Of a stretch of 64,000 nt of DNA, positions 58,066 to 64,000 are shown piece after piece. Location: positions 15,094 through 79,093 of the forward strand of contig CAZRTJ010000007.1 in assembly GCA_964602985.1 (NCBI GenBank), given 5' to 3'. A program made the position numbers and the translations under genes. Below the pieces are notes generated by a model, which was not told where the DNA came from, made no database searches, and was given only the letters and a program-made list of their open reading frames with translations. The DNA is from an uncultured Bacteroidota bacterium. Lineage in GTDB: Bacteria; CLD3; SB21. Each line of letters begins with the position of its first letter. Position 1 is the stretch's first letter.

Positions 58066-58100
58066 AAAAACAAGAACCCCGACCGAAGTCGGGGTTCTTG
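58066..58100 (-). terminator. Second copy of the UUCG-loop terminator, downstream of the truncated paralog
   Basis: CAAGAACCCCGAC-TTCG-GTCGGGGTTCTTG-TTTTT on the minus strand. Confidence 0.88.
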
Positions 58101-58117
58101 ATCCAAGGATATATGGA

Positions 58118-58254
58118 TTAGAACGTGAACGTGTTGGCGTTCGTATCCATCGCATTGCCCGCCAAATCCGTGACGCCGGATAGGGTGAGGACTTCCGTCG
58201 CGACAACGGACGCATTATCCACCGTCAGACGGACACAGTAGCCGTATCCGAATC
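58118..58254 (-). pseudogene. 3'-terminal fragment of a paralog of the 55587-57470 Ig-like lipoprotein
   Basis: My translation: GFGYGYCVRLTVDNASVVATEVLTLSGVTDLAGNAMDTNANTFTF* versus NQYVVRLTVTDGSIDGGDVLDIGNGLTDLAGNGIDPNGDTLTF*; both end ACGTTCTAA; no start; abuts repeat DNA at 58255. Confidence 0.85.
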
Positions 58255-58478
58255 CAGGGACATAAAATCCGAGTTGCGTAAGGGGAAGGTCGGGGTGGGG
58301 TTGTATCCCCTTGCGCGCACGGAACTGTCGCGTAGGTAGAATCTGAGTCGCGTAACCCCTCCCATCTCCCTCCCCTTACGCGCACCGAATCAGGCGATAC
58401 GTGAAATCTGACTCGCGTAAGGGGAGGGCAGGGTGGGGTTATATCCGCCTCACGCACACCTATGAGTGCTTGGCGCAA
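58255..58478. repeat. Palindromic repeat cluster 4 (begins mid-unit)
   Basis: 58255-58303 is identical over 49 nt to 57747-57795; degenerate half unit; full hairpin 58354-58440 plus tail. Confidence 0.9.
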
Positions 58479-58602
58479 ATTCATCATGGAAATTCTCCAC
58501 CAAACAGTATTAGCTTCGACTGCCAGTAGGCAGCTATCGACATTCCGTGCGCTGGCGAAAGGGTAACGCACTTCATCAATGAATTTTTGAAATGGTAAAC
58601 GT

Positions 58603-59820
58603 ATGAGAACCGCAGAAATCGTGGAAAGCCTGGCCCAACGGACCGAATCCAAGATCGTTTTGCTCGTCCTGGATGGGTTGGGCGGCATTCGGACGCAGAA
58701 GGCGCCGAAGACTGAACTGGAGTTGGCCAATATCCCTAATCTGAATCAACTCGCAAGGAATGGAGTGTGCGGTCGGATCACGCCCGTTTCGCCCGGAGTT
58801 ACGCCGGGAAGCGGGCCGGCTCATTTCAGCCTCTTCGGATATGATCCCACCGAGGAATCCATCCAGATCGGACGGGGTGCGCTCGAGGCACTGGGATTGG
58901 GCATGGATCTCAAAGCCGGAGACGTGGCGACCCGCTGTAACTTTGCGACCATCGACTCGCAAAGCCGTCTGACGGATCGCAGGGCGGGCAGAATCCCCAC
59001 CGAGGAATGTGTCCGATTGTGTCAATTGCTAACCAGGTCCCTCCGTCGCATCGACGACGTGGACGTCGTGATCGAACCCGGAGAGCAGTATCGCTTTGTC
59101 GTCGTCTTCAAGGGACCGGGTCTGGGTGGAGAAATCGAGGACACGGATCCACAGGTGACGGGCGTACCGGCCCTGTCGGCCGTTCCGCGCAACGAGGCCT
59201 CGCGCAAAATGGCCTCCCTTGCAGACCGCTTCATCGCGCAGGCAAACGCCCTGCTCGCAAAGGAGACGAAAGCCAATTCCATCCTCATGCGCGGCTTTTC
59301 TGCCATGCCACACGTGCGATCCATGTCTGACCGGTGGAAATTGCGCCCGGCCTGTATAGCGACGTATCCGCTGTACCGCGGGGTCGCCCGAGTCGTCGGG
59401 ATGGAAATTCTGCAAGCGGGGACGGAGATTGCAGACGAATTCGCCGCACTGGAAAAGCACTGGAATGATTTCGATTATTTCTTCATTCACATCAAGAAGA
59501 CCGACTCCTACGGCGAAGACGGCAATCCGCAGGGAAAGATCAAGATTCTGGAGGAGGTTGACGGCCACATCCCGATGATTGAAAAACTGAACCCAGCCGT
59601 GATCATGGTCACGGGCGACCACTCCACGCCGCCGCCGATGAAAAGCCATTCGTGGCATCCGGTGCCGTTCTTGTTGAAAGCGGAACACTGCGGCATCGAC
59701 GACGCGGCGGCATTTGCAGAAGCGGAATGCTCGAAGGGTCAGTTGGGTGTCTTCCCATCCTATCACATCACGGAACTGGCCCTCGCCAATGCCGGCAAGC
59801 TGAAGAAGTTCGGCGCTTGA
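58603..59820 (+). CDS. apgM: 2,3-bisphosphoglycerate-independent phosphoglycerate mutase (ApgM type)
   Basis: VLLVLDGLGG, TPGSGPAHFSLFGYDP, GRGALEALG, HIKKTDSYGEDG, VTGDHSTP, SHSWHPVP. Confidence 0.93.
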   Translation: MRTAEIVESLAQRTESKIVLLVLDGLGGIRTQKAPKTELELANIPNLNQLARNGVCGRITPVSPGVTPGSGPAHFSLFGYDPTEESIQIGRGALEALGLGMDLKAGDVATRCNFATIDSQSRLTDRRAGRIPTEECVRLCQLLTRSLRRIDDVDVVIEPGEQYRFVVVFKGPGLGGEIEDTDPQVTGVPALSAVPRNEASRKMASLADRFIAQANALLAKETKANSILMRGFSAMPHVRSMSDRWKLRPACIATYPLYRGVARVVGMEILQAGTEIADEFAALEKHWNDFDYFFIHIKKTDSYGEDGNPQGKIKILEEVDGHIPMIEKLNPAVIMVTGDHSTPPPMKSHSWHPVPFLLKAEHCGIDDAAAFAEAECSKGQLGVFPSYHITELALANAGKLKKFGA

Positions 59821-60758
59821 TGAAATCGGCTCGTCAGGTGGCCCGGCAGTTGTGGCGCGAGAAGATTCGGCGATGGCGCAGGGAGCGCAGGCGTTTGCGG
59901 TCGCGCGTGACGGAGGAAGCCATTCATGAATTTCGCGTAGCCACGCGTCGCCTGCGGGTTGCGCTGGGAGTATTTGCACCGCTGACGGCTCACCCGCCAG
60001 TCATCCGCGATCTGCGCAAGCGGCTTCGTGCGGCGGCATCCGTTCTCGGTGCGGCAAGAGATGCGACGGTCCACGGACAACACCTCACGCGTCACCTGAA
60101 CTCTCTCCATCTGCAAGAGGTCCTGGCGGATTGGATGTCCATCCGTGCGCATGAAAAGGCCAAGTTATTCCAAGCCGCGGCCGACATGGACACCGCAGAA
60201 GCCGAACGACGTCTGGAAGCCTTCGAGCGATATCCGCACTTGTGTCATGAGTCCGGATCGGGAGGGGAGTACCTTTTGCACCGCACGCGTGAGGCGTTGC
60301 AACCGGTGGCCTTGTTTGAGAATTTTCGCGAATCGGTTGGCGATCCGCACCGGATGCATGATTTGCGGATTCGAATCAAACGATTTCGCTACGCGTTGGA
60401 AATGCTGAATTCCATCCGGGAAAACGAGCTGGAGGAAATGGTTCGGACCACGAAACGATTGCAGGATCATCTGGGCATTATCCACGATCTGGACACGCTG
60501 GCAGACCGTATCCGTGCCGACGTGTCGTGGCTGAATGACGAGTCGCGCGTGGCGGACATCCTGCGCACGCCCGCCGATGACGACGACATGCGACGACTGA
60601 CACTCGAACTGTCCGTGAAACAAACCGGAGTCGTGCGCGACGCGTTGTTACGCCTCTTCACGGCGATGATGGAGGAGCGACAAGAACACGTGAAGGCGTT
60701 GCTGTCGGACTGGGCGCCGGCGATGAGTCAGTTTTCCAAAATCATGGAGGATGAATGA
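59820..60758 (+). CDS. CHAD domain protein (polyphosphate-binding)
   Basis: EAIHEFRVATRRLR, LGAARD..V, MHDLRIRIKRFRYALE, LQDHLG.IHD; start reset to 59820 (TGATG). Confidence 0.9.
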   Translation: MKSARQVARQLWREKIRRWRRERRRLRSRVTEEAIHEFRVATRRLRVALGVFAPLTAHPPVIRDLRKRLRAAASVLGAARDATVHGQHLTRHLNSLHLQEVLADWMSIRAHEKAKLFQAAADMDTAEAERRLEAFERYPHLCHESGSGGEYLLHRTREALQPVALFENFRESVGDPHRMHDLRIRIKRFRYALEMLNSIRENELEEMVRTTKRLQDHLGIIHDLDTLADRIRADVSWLNDESRVADILRTPADDDDMRRLTLELSVKQTGVVRDALLRLFTAMMEERQEHVKALLSDWAPAMSQFSKIMEDE

Positions 60759-61249
60759 ACCTCTACATCTTGCGTCATGGTATGGCCACCGAGGTGGGTG
60801 GCAAGATCAAGCGTGATTTTGACCGCCCGTTGTCCGAAGAGGGAATCGAAAGCCTGAAAATTTCAGCGCGAGCGATGAAACGACTCGACGTCAAGCCGGA
60901 CCTCATTCTGAGCAGTCCGCTGGTTCGGGCTAAACAAACCGCAGAAGTCGTCGCCACAATCCTCGACGCCGAAGATCGGATCGAGATTTGCGAATCACTC
61001 GGGATACCGTGTGATCACACGGCTCTCGCCGATCGATTGGGAAACATTTCGGACAGGCAGACGCTCATGCTCGTGGGACACGATCCGGATATGAGCCGGT
61101 TGCCGGGATGGTTCGTCGGCGTGCCGGAACTCGTGCTGCCATTCAAGAAGGGAAGTTTGTGCTGTCTGGAAACCACGTTGCACCGTAGAAAATTCACCGG
61201 CAGCATCCGGTGGTTCCTGCATCCGAAACAGCTTAAGTTGATGGCGTAA
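60755..61249 (+). CDS. sixA: Phosphohistidine phosphatase SixA
   Basis: LYILRHG.A, DFDRPLS.EG, ILSSPLVRAKQTA, LVGHDP. Confidence 0.92.
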   Translation: MNLYILRHGMATEVGGKIKRDFDRPLSEEGIESLKISARAMKRLDVKPDLILSSPLVRAKQTAEVVATILDAEDRIEICESLGIPCDHTALADRLGNISDRQTLMLVGHDPDMSRLPGWFVGVPELVLPFKKGSLCCLETTLHRRKFTGSIRWFLHPKQLKLMA

Positions 61250-61264
61250 ACGACGGAAGGTAGA

Positions 61265-62827
61265 ATGAGGAGCAGAAGCCATCCGTATTTAGCGGCGATT
61301 GACATCGGGACCAATTCGTTTCATCTGGTCATCGTCGAGATGTTGCCTTCTGGGAAAATCAAAATCGTTGACCGGGAGAGAGAATCCGTTCGTCTCGGGC
61401 ATGGCGCGAAGGACATGAAGGAGATTTCCCCCGAGGCCATGCAACGTGGGATCGTGGTCTTGAGGCGATTCCATCACCTCATCGACAGCTACAAGGCGCC
61501 GGTCCGTGCCGTCGCGACCAGCGCCGTGCGCGAGGCATTGAATCAAAAAACGTTTCTGCAGCGTGTCCATCGCGAGGCGGGCATTCGCGTCGAGGTGGTA
61601 TCCGGAACGGAAGAGGCGCGTTTGATTTATTTGGGCATCCTGCAAGCGCTGCCGGTTTTCGATCAGCGCGTCTTGCTGATCGACATCGGAGGAGGAAGCG
61701 TGGAATACGTGAACGGTTACAAAGGCGAGCCTCGATACGCGACGAGTTTGAAACTAGGATGCATTCGTCTGACACAGAAGTTCTTTGGGAAGACCACACG
61801 CCCCAAAGATATCAAGGCCTGTCGGGAATACGCGCGTGGATTCTTGGAAACCGCCCGGCGCGAGATGCGTCGTCTCGATTACGAGTACGCGATCGGTAGC
61901 AGTGGGACCATTCAGAATATCGGCAACATGATCCGTGCGGCGCGGGGCGAGATCCTGACGGCGTCTTTGAATAACGTGTCTTTTGAACGAGCGGAACTGG
62001 ACCACATCGTCGGGGAAATCGTTCATGCCCGCACGAGACGCGAGCTTTTGGCGATCCCCGGACTCGATCCGAAACGCGGCGACATCATCCTGGCGGGTGC
62101 GCTCGTACTGCAGGAATCGTTCCGGGTGTGGAAGATCGATCGGATGACGATATCCGATTTTGCTCTTCGGGAAGGAATTATATTCGATTTCCTGAAGAAC
62201 CGCCTGGCCAAAGAAGGATCCGAACATCTGTCGAATTTGCGGTACCAGAACATCCGCAGGCTGGGGGAGGCCTTTCACTACGACAAGGGGCATGCGGACC
62301 ATGTGACGCGGCTGGCCTTGCAATTGTTTGACCAGTTGGGTTCGCTCCACGAACTCAGTCGGCAGGAAAGGGACGTCTTGGAATACGCGTCGCTGCTGCA
62401 CGAAATCGGTTTTTTCGTTTCCCATGCTCAGCATCATCGACACTCGTATTACCTGATCCGAAACGCGGAACTCATGGGGTTCACCGATACCGAGAAGGCC
62501 ATCATTGCCAACGTGGCCCGCTATCACCGCAAGAGTCATCCGAAAGCGAAACACGAGGGATTTGCAGACTTGCCCATGCGGGAGCGGGACGTGGTTCAAA
62601 AGTTGGCGGCCATGTTGCGTATTGCGGACGGGTTGGATCGATCGCACATGGGTCACGTCAGAGACGTCAGATGCAGAATCGGCCGGAAGGAGGTCACCGT
62701 GCTGGCCCGCACCAAACAAAAGAACATCGATCTTGAGATTTGGGCGGCCAATCTGAAAAAGGGTCTGTTTGAAGAAGTCTACGGCCGGTCGATCACCATC
62801 CGCAGGACAGCGACGAGGAAGACCTAA
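61265..62827 (+). CDS. ppx: Ppx/GppA exopolyphosphatase with C-terminal HD domain
   Basis: AIDIGTNSFHL, VATSAVREA.N, G.EEARLIY, DIGGGS.E, GSSGT, ALREG, HEIG...HHRHSYY. Confidence 0.93.
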   Translation: MRSRSHPYLAAIDIGTNSFHLVIVEMLPSGKIKIVDRERESVRLGHGAKDMKEISPEAMQRGIVVLRRFHHLIDSYKAPVRAVATSAVREALNQKTFLQRVHREAGIRVEVVSGTEEARLIYLGILQALPVFDQRVLLIDIGGGSVEYVNGYKGEPRYATSLKLGCIRLTQKFFGKTTRPKDIKACREYARGFLETARREMRRLDYEYAIGSSGTIQNIGNMIRAARGEILTASLNNVSFERAELDHIVGEIVHARTRRELLAIPGLDPKRGDIILAGALVLQESFRVWKIDRMTISDFALREGIIFDFLKNRLAKEGSEHLSNLRYQNIRRLGEAFHYDKGHADHVTRLALQLFDQLGSLHELSRQERDVLEYASLLHEIGFFVSHAQHHRHSYYLIRNAELMGFTDTEKAIIANVARYHRKSHPKAKHEGFADLPMRERDVVQKLAAMLRIADGLDRSHMGHVRDVRCRIGRKEVTVLARTKQKNIDLEIWAANLKKGLFEEVYGRSITIRRTATRKT

Positions 62828-63105
62828 TAGGCTGCTGAAAAGTGGATTTGCGCACGCGTCGAAAGCGGATGAACATGTGTCATGTTTAGTGTAACACCAT
62901 AGCTCACTGTCACAGGAGCCACCAGACGGTGCGCGGCAGAGATTCTCGCCCACCGGTCATATTCAACTGCATTTCTCAAGAACATCGAATCGCCAACGAC
63001 CATCCGTTGCGGCCATTGCGTGAGATGGTTGCTACGTTCGCCCTCGTTGTGAAGTGAAGCGTTGAAGAAAGGGGTTTGTTATCCGAATTTCTTCAAGACC
63101 AGGCG

Positions 63106-64000
63106 TCAATCCTCGACAGACGAATCCGCCGATCCTTTGCGTGCGTTTCGTAGCCGCGCGTAGAATTCCTGCAAGTATACGTTCGCCACTTCCCGGTCGC
63201 GCAGAACAACGAAATTCTCGTCGTTGCTCAGATTGGCATTCTTGCTGAAGTTGAAGGAGCCGGTGATCAGAACAGGAATATCTTTGGAATCGGGATTTTC
63301 CGCGTCGATCAGAATATACTTATGGTGCAATTTTCCGTCTTCATTCGACAGCAACGCCTCGACACTTCCTTTCCACGGCGCCGCGGCCGAGGCTGTGCCA
63401 GCCATGTTGTGATAACTGCTGAACCGCTGCTTCCCAAGCGTATTATCGAAGACGGCCTTTAGATCGACGCCGCGCGTTTCAATCTTCTCACGAATCGCAT
63501 CCTCCAGGTCTGTTCCAGCCGTAAAGGAAAAGGCACAAATCCGAATGTCGTGGTCGGCTTCGCGCGTCACCAGGTCGGCCAGGACATGCAGGAAATTGGG
63601 TTTCTGCTTCCCCAGATCCATGGGCGCGAATGCCACGTAGGCCTCCCGGTCTCCCGTGATTCGTGCGTTGGATGCGGATACGGGAGGCTTGGATGCATGG
63701 AATTTGGATTTGCCCACGTCCGGCTTGTCTTGCGATCCACCCCACAGGATCTCAAACTCCTCCGTGTACAAGGAGGCCAATTCTGCGCTTCTTATGTACA
63801 AGAGATTCTGCGCGCTGATCATTCCGGAAATCGTGAAATTGTACGACCCCATCCAGACGACATCGTCCTCACGTGATTTCGACAAGCGATCGATCACCAG
63901 GAATTTATGATGCATGTCTGCATCGTAACCGGACAGTCGGCCTTTCTTGTCACGGATCAATGGAAAGCCAGAATCGTCCAGATAGGGAACATCGTACTTC
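63106..64000 (-). CDS. Phospholipase D-like (two HKD motifs) protein, partial (N-terminus beyond window)
   Basis: MHHKFLVID..GSYNFT and LHHKYILID..TGSFNFS..NDEN; frame open to the window end (KYDVPYLDDSGFPLIRD). Confidence 0.88.
   Translation of the reverse strand, partial: KYDVPYLDDSGFPLIRDKKGRLSGYDADMHHKFLVIDRLSKSREDDVVWMGSYNFTISGMISAQNLLYIRSAELASLYTEEFEILWGGSQDKPDVGKSKFHASKPPVSASNARITGDREAYVAFAPMDLGKQKPNFLHVLADLVTREADHDIRICAFSFTAGTDLEDAIREKIETRGVDLKAVFDNTLGKQRFSSYHNMAGTASAAAPWKGSVEALLSNEDGKLHHKYILIDAENPDSKDIPVLITGSFNFSKNANLSNDENFVVLRDREVANVYLQEFYARLRNARKGSADSSVED

Noticed and set aside
53742-58478. tRNA-anchored integrative island
   Set aside because: The accessory region lies on the 5' side of the minus-strand tRNA, there is no duplicated tRNA 3' end (att), and no integrase is present.
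53517-58730. ORF-track ORFs and N-terminal extensions inside the repeats (e.g. 53517-53945, 54614-55015, 55243-55440, 57766-58101, 57819-58019, 58215-58730)
   Set aside because: They are translations of the palindromic repeats. The real tatA and DUF433 starts are downstream, with proper RBSs.
62828-63105. AGGCTGCTGAAAA resembling an IS terminal repeat, and a short palindrome AACATG-TGT-CATGTT
   Set aside because: No partner inverted repeat, target duplication or transposase.
34-63910. Numerous long antisense or shifted-frame ORFs (e.g. 562-1131, 8069-9484, 26171-26812, 47557-48459, 61754-62953)
   Set aside because: Shadows of well-supported genes on the other strand or frame in GC-rich DNA; no motifs or RBS.

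Overview
A 64-kb, gene-dense bacterial chromosomal segment, moderately GC-rich by eye. The organism is diderm (lipoproteins, Tat, CcmE, Gld-like ABC). The gene repertoire suggests an FCB-like or candidate-phylum lineage, which is inference only. Left to right: (1) a eukaryote-like signalling trio on the minus strand: Ser/Thr kinase-PEGA, TPR lipoprotein, and an FHA-GAF protein that runs off the left edge and is missing from the ORF track; (2) hpnCDE squalene synthesis plus bcp; (3) glgP, a GT4 and an epimerase; (4) a ~16-kb tightly coupled plus-strand run with two hybrid His-kinases, Crp, a REC-PATAN-Roadblock protein, a PHP phosphatase, a TIGR04552-like protein with RelA/SpoT-synthetase-like motifs, pdp, an ECF sigma factor and a TPR protein; (5) polA, a symporter, ccmE, ruvC; (6) a small operon with a SpoT-type HD protein, convergent on a V4R-ParA-V4R module, a GAF-PP2C phosphatase, a radical SAM protein, nusB, Leu dehydrogenase and acyl-CoA dehydrogenase; (7) a GldA/F/G-like ABC system; (8) a beta-propeller protein, a solute-binding protein, gatA, tatA and tRNA-Gln; (9) an accessory region at 53.86-58.48 kb; (10) apgM-CHAD-sixA-ppx and a PLD-family gene cut by the right edge. 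The accessory region is the most unusual part. It holds four clusters of a structured palindromic repeat whose arms carry G-quadruplex motifs. These bracket a DUF433/DUF5615 toxin-antitoxin pair, an Ig-like surface lipoprotein gene with strong expression signals, and a promoterless 3' fragment of a paralog of that gene with its own terminator. No CRISPR array, integrase, transposase or rRNA was seen. All family assignments come from motif recognition, not database searches.
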